A stretch of DNA of 41,941 nucleotides. Origin: an uncultured Gammaproteobacteria bacterium. GTDB lineage: Bacteria > Patescibacteriota > Patescibacteriia > Patescibacteriales > UBA12465. The stretch covers positions 1-41,941 of the forward strand of contig CAZSAA010000003.1 of the NCBI GenBank assembly GCA_964604915.1. The letters run 5' to 3'. Positions 14,388 through 24,457 of this stretch are shown piece by piece; the first letter of the stretch is position 1; each line of letters starts with the position of its first letter. The notes under the pieces are model-generated. The model was not told where the DNA came from. It saw nothing but the letters and a program-made list of their open reading frames with translations, and searched no databases. Both the position numbers and the translations under genes were made by a program.

Positions 14388-15458
14388 TTATTTGACCTTA
14401 TACCTCGTACTTCTCCCCGCCCCCAACCTCTCAATTTTCTTCATATCAAGCAATTTATTCAAAACTTGGAGTATTGTGACAGTCGGCATATTCAAAGCTT
14501 CCCGGATTTCCTTCGGAGTTATTTCTTTCTTCTCTAAAATAAAATTCCAGACTGCCAATTGCTTTTCTGAAAGCAAAGTTTCAATCCTTTCTTTCTGGCT
14601 CAATCCAACGGCCATCTTCGCCTGATCGCGAATAACTTCCAAAAAAAACAAAAGCCACGGGATTATATTTGGTTCTTCGTCCTTCAATGTCTTCTGACTT
14701 TGATTGAGCGCCAGATAATAAGCATCTTTGTTATCTTCAATAAATTTCTCATGAGAAACATACGGCACAAAATCATAGCCGGTTTTTAACAATAACAAAT
14801 TCGTCAACACGCGCGATGTGCGACCATTGCCATCCTGAAAAGGATGGATCTTTAAAAATTCCAAAACAAAATTGCCGACAATCAAAAACGGATGGATTAA
14901 TTTTTCTTCCAGTGCCTTTTGTGTCCATTCAACTAGCTCATTCATTTCTTTTTGAGCCAAATGCGGAGGCGTTGGTTCGAATAAAATGCCAACAATATTT
15001 CCGCTCTTATCATAAGCTGCAACTGTATTATCGCCGAATTTATATTTACCTAAATGCCCTTGATCTTTATCGGAATATTTCAAAAGCTCTTTATGAAAAT
15101 GTTTGATAGTATTTTCACTAAATTTTATAGTTTGCCAAGCCTCAAAAATATTTTCCAGTAGCTCTTTATAGCCGGCGACTTCCTGCTCATCGCGGGTATT
15201 AAATTTTTGGACTTTGAGCCCGCTTTTAAATAACCTCTCAATTTCTTCATTGGAAAGTTTAGCGCCTTCAATACGCGTTGAAGATCCGGCTGAAGTTATC
15301 ACGGTTGATCTTTTAAGCACGGTCAAAATCTGGGGAGACAAAGTCACTCCCGCAGTCCACATGCCCTGGGAACGCTCAATTTCAGATATAAAACCCTGAA
15401 TCTTTTGTGCTTGGGGAACGTCTTTAAAATTAAATCTTTTAATAAATTTGTCGTTCAT
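14388..15458 (-). CDS. Fic family protein (AMPylase-type, class II autoinhibited) with C-terminal winged-helix-like region
   Basis: Core motif HPFQDGNGRTSR, which matches HxFx(D/E)GNGRxxR. The N-terminal inhibitory motif STRIEG matches (S/T)xxxE(G/N). 356 aa. The gene is visibly more AT-rich than its neighbours. Confidence 0.88.
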   Translation of the reverse strand: MNDKFIKRFNFKDVPQAQKIQGFISEIERSQGMWTAGVTLSPQILTVLKRSTVITSAGSSTRIEGAKLSNEEIERLFKSGLKVQKFNTRDEQEVAGYKELLENIFEAWQTIKFSENTIKHFHKELLKYSDKDQGHLGKYKFGDNTVAAYDKSGNIVGILFEPTPPHLAQKEMNELVEWTQKALEEKLIHPFLIVGNFVLEFLKIHPFQDGNGRTSRVLTNLLLLKTGYDFVPYVSHEKFIEDNKDAYYLALNQSQKTLKDEEPNIIPWLLFFLEVIRDQAKMAVGLSQKERIETLLSEKQLAVWNFILEKKEITPKEIREALNMPTVTILQVLNKLLDMKKIERLGAGRSTRYKVK

Positions 15459-15550
15459 ATAAATTTCTGGATTCCCGCCGGAGTTTATCCCGTTGGATAA
15501 CGGGGCGGGAATGACAAAGGAAAATTATTCAAATATATTATCTATATGTA

Positions 15551-15574
15551 ATTATATGCGATTATATGCGATTA
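15551..15574. repeat. Short tandem repeat (ATTATATGCG x2.4) upstream of the Fic gene
   Basis: Reads attatatgcg attatatgcg atta directly in sequence. Confidence 0.8.
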
Positions 15575-15583
15575 ATCAAATAT

Positions 15584-15615
15584 AAAAGAGCCGTATTCAC
15601 TATACAGCTCTTTTT
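15584..15615 (-). terminator. Rho-independent terminator of ftsZ
   Basis: Minus strand reads AAAAGAGCTG-tatagtgaata-CGGCTCTTTT followed by ATATTT. Confidence 0.6.
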
Positions 15616-15636
15616 ATACTAATATTTTAGCTAATA

Positions 15637-16878
15637 TTACATCATCTTCTTCCGAATGAAGGCCGGCACACTCAAGTCATCATCTTCATCGTCACTTTTC
15701 TTCGCTCGATTGTCATTCTCTTCCGGCGCTGGCTTGGGGGTAGCCGGCTTCTTCTCGATGAGCGGCTTTATCGGATTCTTGATAAAATTGCTAACCCGAT
15801 TCCCTTCTTTCTTCTTTTCCGACCAGATATCGGACATATCTGCCTTCTCTTTTTCCTTTTCCTGTTCGCTATTGATGAAAGTATTGGGAGAATAGGCGCG
15901 CAGTTCCGACGACCCATCCTTGCTCTTACCATCGAAACCGGTCGCAACCACCGTGATCTTTATCTGGTCCTTCATGTCTTCATTGATGACCGCGCCGAAG
16001 ATGATCTTAGCCTCTTCATCGGCCGCCGAAGTGATCACCCTAGCCGCTTCACTAACCTCGTTCATACTGAGGTCGACGCCGCCGGTAATGGTGAATACGA
16101 TGCCGCGCGCCCCGTCGATCGACATATCGAGCAGGCTGGAATTAATAGCCATCTTAGCCGCTTCAACTGCTCGATTCTCACCGCTCGCCTGGCCGATACC
16201 CATCAAGGCGCTACCGGCATCCGCCATAACTGCCTTCACGTCAGCGAAGTCAGCGTTTATGATGCCAGGAACGGTGATTATTTCCGCAATACCCTGCACG
16301 CCTTGGCGCAAGACATCGTCAGCGATATTAAAGGCATCAAGCAATGAAGTCTTCTTATCGATTACCTGTAAAAGCTTGTCATTAGAGATAGTAATGATAG
16401 TATCCACCTTGTCAGCTAGTTCAGCAAAAGCCCGGTCAGCAATGTTACGCCGCTGGCCGCCCTCGAAGATAAAAGGCTTAGTAACGACCGCAACGGTAAG
16501 AGCGCCCAGGTCATGGGCGACTTTAGCCACTATTGGCGAAGCACCACTACCGGTACCACCACCAAGGCCGCAAGTCACAAATACCATGTCGCAATCCTTG
16601 AGCGCTTCCTTGATCTCATTTTCCGATTCTTCCGCCGCCGATCGCCCCAAGTCAGGATTCATGCCAGCACCGAGACCCTTGGTGACTGACTTGCCGATAT
16701 GGATCTTTTCCTTAGCTTTGTTGTAATGCAGGGCTTGGATATCAGTATTTATCGCCACGAATTCGACGCCTCTGATGCCGCTCTCGATCATACGGTTAAT
16801 GGCGCTGCCTCCCCCACCGCCGACGCCTACGACTTTTATCTTTGCGAAAGTTTCGATATCTGGTTTCACTTCTGCCAT
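15637..16878 (-). CDS. ftsZ: Cell division protein FtsZ
   Basis: Tubulin signature [12 protein letters not shown] and N-terminal [15 protein letters not shown]. It has a long acidic/basic linker and the conserved C-terminal peptide [12 protein letters not shown]. Confidence 0.95.
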   Translation of the reverse strand: MAEVKPDIETFAKIKVVGVGGGGGSAINRMIESGIRGVEFVAINTDIQALHYNKAKEKIHIGKSVTKGLGAGMNPDLGRSAAEESENEIKEALKDCDMVFVTCGLGGGTGSGASPIVAKVAHDLGALTVAVVTKPFIFEGGQRRNIADRAFAELADKVDTIITISNDKLLQVIDKKTSLLDAFNIADDVLRQGVQGIAEIITVPGIINADFADVKAVMADAGSALMGIGQASGENRAVEAAKMAINSSLLDMSIDGARGIVFTITGGVDLSMNEVSEAARVITSAADEEAKIIFGAVINEDMKDQIKITVVATGFDGKSKDGSSELRAYSPNTFINSEQEKEKEKADMSDIWSEKKKEGNRVSNFIKNPIKPLIEKKPATPKPAPEENDNRAKKSDDEDDDLSVPAFIRKKMM

Positions 16879-16888
16879 ATATGAATGA

Positions 16889-18151
16889 TTAATTTTGTCT
16901 TGGAATGATTTTTTGCCAAATATTCTTGGCTTTCTTCAGGACCGAATCGAAGCCCTTAAAACCGCCACCGCCCGTATTTTCTGAATAATAGTTATGGCCC
17001 CACATGACTAGGCCGAGAGCGGTAAGGAACTCTGGGTTCTTTACCTTATCTATCACAATGTTCACGTTCTTGCAAACTCCCATGGCGGCGGGCAAGCGTA
17101 ATTGCTTCTTAGCTAAATCGATGAGACCCTCAAGTTGCGCGCCAGCACCGACGAATATCGCTCCCGCTGGCAACATGCCCGAACGATCAATCTTCTTTAA
17201 TTCATTATTTATCTTATCTAATATCTCCTCTACTCTCGCCTCAATTATCTCAGCTACATATTGGCGGGAAATAATCTCGATATCGTCGTTTATCTCCTCT
17301 TCTTTCACTAATTGGGACACATCTACTTCATCTTCCTTAGAGAACAGTTCCGGTAAGCAATTGCCGTATTCTTTCTTGATGCGGTCGGCCAGGTTGATCG
17401 GGCAACGGAGGCCGATAGCGATATCGGAAGTGATATGTTCGGATCCGATTGGCAAGATAGCGGTATGGAGAAGATTCCTCTCTTCGTATACTGCCAGAGA
17501 AGTGGTCGAAGCGCCAATGTTGATAAGGACTACGCCAAGCTCTTTCTGCTTGGATGATAACACCGCTTCCGCCGCGGCAAGCGGCGATAGCACCAAATCC
17601 TCTATTTCTAATCCGGTCCGATATATCGCTTTGGTAAGGTTCTTGATCTGAGTACTTAATCCTTGCACGATGAGGGTCTCCACTTCCAGCCTGATGCCGC
17701 TCATGCCGATGGGGTCCTTGATATCGGACTGATTATCGACAGCGAAACGGACAGGCAAGACATGGAGGATCTCATAGTTTACCGGCACGGCTAGGGCACG
17801 CGCGGCTTCGATTGCCCGATTGATATCGGTATCATTGATCTCGCCATCGCTCTTACCGACGGCTACTACGCCTTTACTGCGGTCGCACTTTATATGAGGA
17901 TCATTGATTCCGACCCAGACATTCGACAGAGGGACCCCCACTAGACGCTCGGCTTTTTCTAGGCAAGCGGAAATAGAAGAGGTAGTTTCTTCGATGCTGT
18001 TTATTATTCCCTTGCTAACGCCGGAAGTAGGGGAAGATACGGCGCCGATAACCTGGAGGTCCTGGCCGGTCGGCGTATCTATTTTTTGCCCTATTACCAA
18101 ACGAATAGCCGACGAACCGATATCAAGGCCGGCAATAATCTCATCTTTCAT
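16889..18151 (-). CDS. ftsA: Cell division protein FtsA
   Basis: Actin-fold phosphate motifs GLDIGSS and [11 protein letters not shown]...VGAGAQL. 420 aa, directly upstream of ftsZ. Confidence 0.9.
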   Translation of the reverse strand: MKDEIIAGLDIGSSAIRLVIGQKIDTPTGQDLQVIGAVSSPTSGVSKGIINSIEETTSSISACLEKAERLVGVPLSNVWVGINDPHIKCDRSKGVVAVGKSDGEINDTDINRAIEAARALAVPVNYEILHVLPVRFAVDNQSDIKDPIGMSGIRLEVETLIVQGLSTQIKNLTKAIYRTGLEIEDLVLSPLAAAEAVLSSKQKELGVVLINIGASTTSLAVYEERNLLHTAILPIGSEHITSDIAIGLRCPINLADRIKKEYGNCLPELFSKEDEVDVSQLVKEEEINDDIEIISRQYVAEIIEARVEEILDKINNELKKIDRSGMLPAGAIFVGAGAQLEGLIDLAKKQLRLPAAMGVCKNVNIVIDKVKNPEFLTALGLVMWGHNYYSENTGGGGFKGFDSVLKKAKNIWQKIIPRQN

Positions 18152-18196
18152 ATGATATTAAGTGATATTAATAATTATAATGGATTTTTCCAATAT

Positions 18197-18991
18197 TCAC
18201 AATACGAGCAGGCTCAAGTACCAAGACACTATCTGTTCCCCGAAAAAGAGGGAAATCAGCCCGCCTATGGCCAAAAATACCCCTAACGGCAGCCTATCTT
18301 TCCTCCCCTTCTTCCCTAGTGCCATTAACGATAATCCCACGGCTGCCCCTAAAAAATATGACAAAGCTACCAACACGAGCCATTGCCCGATATTCGGGTA
18401 CATCAGCGCTAAGGCGGCGCCCAGCCAAATATCTCCTTCCCCTATCCCCTTCCGCTTAGTGAGCAAAAATTGGGCACCGAAGAACAACAGGGAGATGATA
18501 AATGTCTGCGCCAAGGACAACCAAGAAACTCCAGCGATAAGGTGGAGTGCCGCCACCAACAAGGCGGCTGGCACGATTACCGCATTAGATATCAGGTAAT
18601 ATTTGGCGTCAAAGACGAAACTAAACAGAAGAGTGGCGGCTATCAGACTGGAAATAGCGGAATGAAGCCAAAATTCACCAGTCGGGAAAAGAAAGGGGCC
18701 ATAGATGTGGTACTGGTATAGGAACACCGCCAAGAAGATGAGCCCGGCCACTCCTTCCACGGCCAAGTAATGCCAAGGGATGCGTGCTCGGCAGGAGCGG
18801 CAGCGTCCGCGCAAAAGCAGGAAACTAAAGATTGGAATATTGTCATACCAAGCGATAGTGTGGCGGCAAGCGGGACAAATAGAGCGGCCGGACAAAGAAA
18901 TGTCTTCACCCAAACGCCAGACCAAACTATTTATCGCACTGCCGACAATAAGGCCGAACATTAAAAAGACGAAAGCTAGATAGATATCCAT
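18197..18991 (-). CDS. pilD: Type IV prepilin peptidase (A24 family)
   Basis: Polytopic membrane protein. N-terminal Cys cluster CPACRHTIAWYDNIPIFSFLLLRGRCRSCRARI. Catalytic-Asp region GIGEGDIWLGAAL. Confidence 0.85.
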   Translation of the reverse strand: MDIYLAFVFLMFGLIVGSAINSLVWRLGEDISLSGRSICPACRHTIAWYDNIPIFSFLLLRGRCRSCRARIPWHYLAVEGVAGLIFLAVFLYQYHIYGPFLFPTGEFWLHSAISSLIAATLLFSFVFDAKYYLISNAVIVPAALLVAALHLIAGVSWLSLAQTFIISLLFFGAQFLLTKRKGIGEGDIWLGAALALMYPNIGQWLVLVALSYFLGAAVGLSLMALGKKGRKDRLPLGVFLAIGGLISLFFGEQIVSWYLSLLVL

Positions 18992-19000
18992 ATATGAAAG

Positions 19001-21112
19001 CTAGCGGTTGTCTTCGATAGACTGGCTAGCGGTTATCCACGCCGAATCATCTGGGAAACGGGTACGCCCCCATGCTATATATTCAGCGGCGCGGTCAAAG
19101 TTTCCTTGGAGAAAATAGGTGTCGGCCATACCCTTGATTGCCCGAGGGTCATTGACATCGAGAGCTAAAGACTTACTAAAATAATCGCGCGCCGTTTCCA
19201 GTCTGGATTGCGCCACATAGGCCTGACCAATATAGAGATAGACGTCGGATAAAAAGGAGGCCGCCTCATCGCCGTGATCACTAGAAAACTCCACCCGATG
19301 CGGATCCGGCGCATTGAGTGCTGCCATATACAACTGTATGACCGCGCCATCATAATTGCCTTGCTCCAAAAGATACCGGCCATAACGGTAATATCCGAGT
19401 GGCAAGTGGGTAGAAAAAGATTGAGCGTGGATAAAGAGCCTAGACGCTTCTTCCCACTTCCCCATCCTCCCTAAAGCCATTGCCTTAAGAAGAGAGGAAT
19501 TGAAATTCGTTTCCGGTAACAGCAGAGAGGCATCCTCAAACCGCTTCGTATATACCGTCTGACCCAGGTCTAAACGCTCCCAAGATAGTTGGACATAGGC
19601 GAAGCGATAAGCATCGGAGAACGAAGGATATGTTGGCGTAGCAAGCAAACGCCCATATTCTTCATCAGCTTTAACATAGTCCTGTTTAGACGCCGCGACA
19701 TACACCCTGTTCATAAGCACATCAGCTCGCCACACGGATAATTCGAAAATCAAACCACAAGCCGCCGCTCCGGCTGCTAGCAACCAACCCCAGGCGGACC
19801 ACTGCTTAGCTCTTGATAATGATATGGCTGGAACCGGCGTACGGGATGCTACCAGGCAAGCCGCAAAAAACCAAAGATAGATGAAATTAACTACCGTAAT
19901 GAACCCAAAAAGTAAAGAAATGACATAAGCGGATACGGCGAGAAATACAGCGTCTTCCTGGGCGCCTCCTTGAAAATGGCCAGATAATTTCCGCCAGCGC
20001 CAGAACCAAAAAATGAAAAATATCCACCCTATCATTCCGAATGACAAGGAAAGATCTAGGACTATATTGTGCGTCCGATCCGGCACGGTATTTATCTCTT
20101 CAGCTAAAGCCCAATCCACATCATAGGAGGCCATCATCACTTCCCCTATACCTGGCATCCCATAACCTAGCAGCGGCCTGTCCATCAGGGCGAAGGTTCC
20201 GGCCTCCAGGAAATTCACCCGAGCGGCCGCCGAGCCATTCTGTAAGCTTCCGAGGCTAAGACGGCCAGGATTAACCATGATGAAAACGGCGACGATAAGA
20301 GCTAAGCCGATGATAGCGATGGCCATCCCCTTGCGTCCAAATAATCTCATAGCTTTGCCCCGCTTCCGCCAAGCTAAGATAAGCAGTCCGGCGATAAGGC
20401 CAATGATAGCCGCTCGAGAGGAGGTGAAAAAAAGAGCGAATAGCTGGAAGATGACTGACGCCGACGTCAAGATACGCCACCAACCACGCTGGGAATAGGC
20501 CAGATAGGCCGAAAGCGGCAAGGACAAGAGGAGAAAGGCCGCTAAAAAATTAGGTTGCCCTAAAGAAGAGAAGGCGCGCGAAAGCAAAGCGGATTCTTGC
20601 CAATAGAGAAAATCAAAACCGAAAAACTGGCTGATTCCGTAGAGAGATACCAGGGAAGCTGATAAAGAGATGGCTGGCGCAGCCCGACGCAAGAGAAAAT
20701 CGGCTTCGCGTCTCAATGATAGATATGGCAACAAGAAACAGAACCAGATAAACAGCGCCCAGAAAGAAACAACGCCATCTTGCCGTTCCGGCGAACCGAA
20801 AAATATAAGGGAGAAATCCCCTGACAACCAGGCAGAAACAGTAAGGTAAAGGCCGAACAACAAAGGAGGAACTAGCCAAGCATAATGGTGGCGGAACCAA
20901 GTTTGTACCTCTGCTCTCGCTTTAGCGTCAGACACCAGCCACAGGGAAAATACGATAATAAAAGACGCCCCCAATAGCTTGAACAGGGAAAATTTAACCA
21001 ACTCGAAGACGTTATAGGCCGGCGGCAGCACTCCGAAGTAAATAGGAATAAAAAAGACCGTCAGGATAACCAGGCCTATACTCAACTTAGAAAACATTTT
21101 AGGAAGCGCCAT
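19001..21112 (-). CDS. O-antigen ligase/polymerase-like (Wzy_C) polytopic membrane protein with C-terminal TPR repeats
   Basis: About 12 TM helices with the Wzy_C-type loop (TSSRAAIIGLIAGLLILAW). The C-terminal ~230 aa consist of TPR-like repeats (YYRYGRYLLEQGNYDGA, YIGQAYVAQSRLETARDYFSKSLALD). Confidence 0.7.
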   Translation of the reverse strand: MALPKMFSKLSIGLVILTVFFIPIYFGVLPPAYNVFELVKFSLFKLLGASFIIVFSLWLVSDAKARAEVQTWFRHHYAWLVPPLLFGLYLTVSAWLSGDFSLIFFGSPERQDGVVSFWALFIWFCFLLPYLSLRREADFLLRRAAPAISLSASLVSLYGISQFFGFDFLYWQESALLSRAFSSLGQPNFLAAFLLLSLPLSAYLAYSQRGWWRILTSASVIFQLFALFFTSSRAAIIGLIAGLLILAWRKRGKAMRLFGRKGMAIAIIGLALIVAVFIMVNPGRLSLGSLQNGSAAARVNFLEAGTFALMDRPLLGYGMPGIGEVMMASYDVDWALAEEINTVPDRTHNIVLDLSLSFGMIGWIFFIFWFWRWRKLSGHFQGGAQEDAVFLAVSAYVISLLFGFITVVNFIYLWFFAACLVASRTPVPAISLSRAKQWSAWGWLLAAGAAACGLIFELSVWRADVLMNRVYVAASKQDYVKADEEYGRLLATPTYPSFSDAYRFAYVQLSWERLDLGQTVYTKRFEDASLLLPETNFNSSLLKAMALGRMGKWEEASRLFIHAQSFSTHLPLGYYRYGRYLLEQGNYDGAVIQLYMAALNAPDPHRVEFSSDHGDEAASFLSDVYLYIGQAYVAQSRLETARDYFSKSLALDVNDPRAIKGMADTYFLQGNFDRAAEYIAWGRTRFPDDSAWITASQSIEDNR

Positions 21113-21127
21113 AGTGACTCCATCATA

Positions 21128-21156
21128 GCAAAAAAGGGCTTCCAGTAGAAGCCCTT
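21128..21156 (-). terminator. Rho-independent terminator after secF
   Basis: Minus strand reads AAGGGCTTC-tactg-GAAGCCCTT followed by TTTTTGC. Confidence 0.6.
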
Positions 21157-21176
21157 CTTTCCTATATCATCTCTGA

Positions 21177-22079
21177 TTAGCGGCGTTGCCACTTCTCGAA
21201 ATAGACTAGCAACGGGCTAGCGACGAAGATCGAGCTATAGGCGCCGGAGAATATGCCGATGATAAGCGCCAGGACGAAATCTTTGATCGAATCGCCACCG
21301 AAGATAAAGACGGCGATAAGGGCCAATAAGGTGGAAAAGGTGGTATTAAGAGAACGCCATAACGTCTGGTTCAAGCTGGTATTGACGGTAGTCGGGAAAT
21401 CAGAATCGCTCTTCGGCAAATTCTCGCGGACGCGATCGAATACCACAATGGTATCATTGATACTGTAGCCGAGGACAGTGAGCAAGGCGACGACGAAGGT
21501 GGAATTGACTTCCACTCCGTAGAAATGGCCCAGCACCGAGAACACACCGATGGTAATCAAGATATCGTGGAACAAGGCGATAACCGAAATTAGCCCATAC
21601 TTCCAGGAAGCGACCGGTTTGGACACTTTTTGGAAGGCAAAAGAGATATATACGATGATGATAATGAGGACCAAAATGAAGATCCAAAAGGCTTTGCTGC
21701 GTAATTCTTGGCCGATGGACGGGCCAATGGAATCGAATTTCAATTCTTCTAATTGGCCGTGGGAGGCTTCCAAGCTTCTCAAACTCGATAGCGCGGCCTG
21801 ATGGGTCGGCTCATCGGTATTACTGAAACGGATGATGACAGAATTCCCTTCTGAAGGCTGGATGACAAGGCTGCCCAACCCGCTATCCTTCACCGCGTCT
21901 TGGATCTGGGCAACGTTAGGTTGGCTGTCAGCGAAATTCAATTCCATTAAGCTGCCCCCAGTAAAGTCTAGGCCGAACTTGAGACCCCACATCGAGAGGA
22001 AGACGACACACACGACCATTATCAGGGAGGATACCCAGAGCCAGAGAGCCTTATACTTGATTAGGTTTAAGTTTTTCAT
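21177..22079 (-). CDS. secF: Protein translocase subunit SecF
   Basis: 300 aa with six-TM SecF architecture. Conserved blocks are LDFTGGS and YSINDTIVVFDRVRE. Lies directly downstream of secD. Confidence 0.9.
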   Translation of the reverse strand: MKNLNLIKYKALWLWVSSLIMVVCVVFLSMWGLKFGLDFTGGSLMELNFADSQPNVAQIQDAVKDSGLGSLVIQPSEGNSVIIRFSNTDEPTHQAALSSLRSLEASHGQLEELKFDSIGPSIGQELRSKAFWIFILVLIIIIVYISFAFQKVSKPVASWKYGLISVIALFHDILITIGVFSVLGHFYGVEVNSTFVVALLTVLGYSINDTIVVFDRVRENLPKSDSDFPTTVNTSLNQTLWRSLNTTFSTLLALIAVFIFGGDSIKDFVLALIIGIFSGAYSSIFVASPLLVYFEKWQRR

Positions 22080-22084
22080 ATGCT

Positions 22085-23605
22085 TTAAGATCTTGATTTC
22101 TTAACCCCCATTAGCCATGGGTATTTCTCCAACCATTTATGGCCGAAGAGTTTCATCAGGGTGCGGGTGACTACTATGCTGCTAAACATCGACACCGAGA
22201 CGCCAATAAACAAGGTGGCCCCGAAACCCTTCACTAACCCGGTGCCGAAAGTCATTAACACGAAGCAAGTAAGGATAGTGGTGATGTTGCCATCGCGGAT
22301 AGAGGGCCAAGCGCGTTTGAAGCCTTCATCGATAGCCACGCTAAGCGGCTTCTTGAGGCGTAATTCCTCTTTCATCCTCTCGAATATCAGAATATTGGCG
22401 TCAACTGCCATACCGATGGACAGGATGAACCCGGTAATACCCGCCAGGGTCAGAGTAACCGGTTCCTTGGCGTAGTAGATGAGGAATAGGGCGATAACCA
22501 AAAACATCAGGACGGAAAGGATGCCATCGAATATCTTGAGCTGGTTGAAGACGGAGGCGAATAGGAATAGGAGCAGCAAGATGAAGAGAATGGAGAGCCA
22601 GAAAGGCATTACCTTGAAGATCGACAGGACTACCAAGACATAGATAAAGAGCGAGGCAATAGACACAAGTCCTGGGAAACGGTAGAGCAAGAGCATGAAC
22701 AGAGCGACAAATAGGAAGCCGTAAAGTCCGGCCATATAACTGTTCTCAATCGACTGCTGCCCTAGCGAAGCGCCCACGATTTGCTGGCTCACTAAATTAA
22801 TCGGCACTGGCAAGGCGCCGTCTTTAAGCCGCTGCACAAGCAACTTGGCATCCTGGACGTTGAAATTGCCGCTGATAATCGCTTGCCCGCTCGGGATCTC
22901 GCTGGAAACGGTAGCGATCTCGATCGGATAGCCATCCAAGAAGATGGCGATCGGCTGGCCGATACTGCGGCCAGTAAGCTCCTTGAACTTATCCGCTCCT
23001 TCCGCATCAAATTCTAAAGATACTTCTGGCGAACCGTCGTTAGGGTTGAACTGCAACGAAGCCGTAGTCAGGTATTTGCCAGTAACTTCGGTATTCTTCC
23101 AGACCGGTTCAGTTGAAGAGGCAGTGGTAAGTTCTGCGTCTATCTCCCTAAATTCCAACAAAGGCGTAGCGCCGATAGTCTCGATCGCCTGTTTGACGTC
23201 CTTGATGCCGGCTAGTTCCGCTATCACCCGATAATTGCCGGAAATAGTACGGTTGATCTGGACAACCGGCTCACTGACGCCGGAAACGTTAACGCGGCGC
23301 TCGATGCGGTCACGCACGCTTTCTAAATCGCTCATGCGGTCGCTCTCGGCAATACCGGTAAGGTCAGCCTCATAGACCAGCTGGGTGCCTCCTTGAAGGT
23401 CCAGTCCGAGCGTAAAGGGCCATTCCGGCACATTAGGCAATGATACGACGTGGCCAGTCTTCTCGGTCAGCCAATCGGCCGCCCGATTATAGTAATTGCC
23501 GCCAGCAATAATGAAGGCTAGCAAGGCAAAAACGACCACCAGCATCCAGGTCGTACGGAACTTCGCTTTTGCAGATTTGGGGAAGAACCCCTCTTTCTTT
23601 AACAT
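22085..23605 (-). CDS. secD: Protein translocase subunit SecD
   Basis: 506 aa with an N-terminal TM and a large periplasmic-type domain. Conserved blocks are LGLDLQGGT and GMAVDANILIFERMKEE. Confidence 0.9.
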   Translation of the reverse strand: MLKKEGFFPKSAKAKFRTTWMLVVVFALLAFIIAGGNYYNRAADWLTEKTGHVVSLPNVPEWPFTLGLDLQGGTQLVYEADLTGIAESDRMSDLESVRDRIERRVNVSGVSEPVVQINRTISGNYRVIAELAGIKDVKQAIETIGATPLLEFREIDAELTTASSTEPVWKNTEVTGKYLTTASLQFNPNDGSPEVSLEFDAEGADKFKELTGRSIGQPIAIFLDGYPIEIATVSSEIPSGQAIISGNFNVQDAKLLVQRLKDGALPVPINLVSQQIVGASLGQQSIENSYMAGLYGFLFVALFMLLLYRFPGLVSIASLFIYVLVVLSIFKVMPFWLSILFILLLLFLFASVFNQLKIFDGILSVLMFLVIALFLIYYAKEPVTLTLAGITGFILSIGMAVDANILIFERMKEELRLKKPLSVAIDEGFKRAWPSIRDGNITTILTCFVLMTFGTGLVKGFGATLFIGVSVSMFSSIVVTRTLMKLFGHKWLEKYPWLMGVKKSRS

Positions 23606-23733
23606 AAATTTTTACAAAAAACCAAAAGCCGGGCTATCCGCCGCACTGCTGAGGTTTATGCTAGTTCTATAACTTCCTACATCTTAGAATAAAGCCGTTA
23701 AAAAATCAAGAAAATGCTGAAGTTAGCGGCATT

Positions 23734-23762
23734 TTGCCAAAAACCGGTAAATATACTATAAT
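23734..23762 (+). promoter_or_regulatory. clpP promoter (TTGCCA-17-TATAAT)
   Basis: TTGCCA at 23734-23739 and TATAAT at 23757-23762 with a 17-nt spacer. It lies 27 nt upstream of the ATG. Confidence 0.6.
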
Positions 23763-23789
23763 TTATTACCTAAACAATATAAAAAATTT

Positions 23790-24371
23790 ATGCTTATACC
23801 AACCATTATCGAGAAAGACGGCCAGAGCGAACGCGCCTACGACATCTATTCGCGGCTGCTCAAGGACCGTGTCATCTTCCTAGGCGAGCCGATTGACGAC
23901 CACGTCGCCAATATCGTAATTGCGCAATTACTCTTCCTAGCGGCCGAAGACCGTGACCGGGAGATAAAATTCTATATCAATTCTCCGGGCGGATCCGTTT
24001 CCGCTGGATTAGCCATCTATGACACGATGCAGTATATAAAATGTGACATCAGCACTATCTGTGTCGGCATGGCTGCTTCCATGGCTTCGGTATTACTGGC
24101 GGCCGGCGCCAAAGGCAAGCGCTTCGCCCTACCTAACAGCGAGGTAATGATTCACCAAGTGATGGGTGGCACGGAAGGCCAAGCTTCTGACATCAAGATC
24201 CATGCCGAACACATCTTGAAAATTAAAAGCAAGTTAAATAAGATTCTCGCCTTTCATACCGGCAAGACTATTGCCGAAATCGAAAAAGATAGCGACCGAG
24301 ATAACTTCATGGACGTCGAGAGCGCCAAAAAATATGGCTTGATCGACAATATCATCAAGAAAGAATCCTGA
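23790..24371 (+). CDS. clpP: ATP-dependent Clp protease proteolytic subunit
   Basis: 193 aa. N-terminus is IPTIIE...[11 protein letters not shown]. Catalytic Ser context is GMAASMAS and catalytic His context is MIHQ. Confidence 0.95.
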   Translation: MLIPTIIEKDGQSERAYDIYSRLLKDRVIFLGEPIDDHVANIVIAQLLFLAAEDRDREIKFYINSPGGSVSAGLAIYDTMQYIKCDISTICVGMAASMASVLLAAGAKGKRFALPNSEVMIHQVMGGTEGQASDIKIHAEHILKIKSKLNKILAFHTGKTIAEIEKDSDRDNFMDVESAKKYGLIDNIIKKES

Positions 24372-24404
24372 TTTTCTCCGTTTACCTCTATCCGAAGAAA
24401 GAAT

Positions 24405-24435
24405 AAAACCCCCTAGTGATAGGAGGTTTTGTTTC
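24405..24435. terminator. Bidirectional terminator between clpP and the surface-protein locus
   Basis: AAAACCCCCTA-gtga-TAGGAGGTTTT with one mismatch. T-runs follow the stem on both strands. Confidence 0.55.
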
Positions 24436-24457
24436 AAAAGTAAAGAAAAGTGACCAG

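Noticed and set aside
15551-15574. Possible CRISPR-like repeat
   Set aside because: There are only 2.4 copies of a 10-bp unit with no spacers. It is a simple tandem repeat.
15920-16726. 268-aa plus-strand ORF
   Set aside because: It lies entirely antisense to ftsZ. Its composition is low-complexity Ser/Ala/Pro-rich, as expected from reading Gly/Ala/Asp-rich codons backwards. It has no motif and no SD.
17004-17651. 215-aa plus-strand ORF
   Set aside because: It lies antisense to the well-supported ftsA gene and is a frame artefact.
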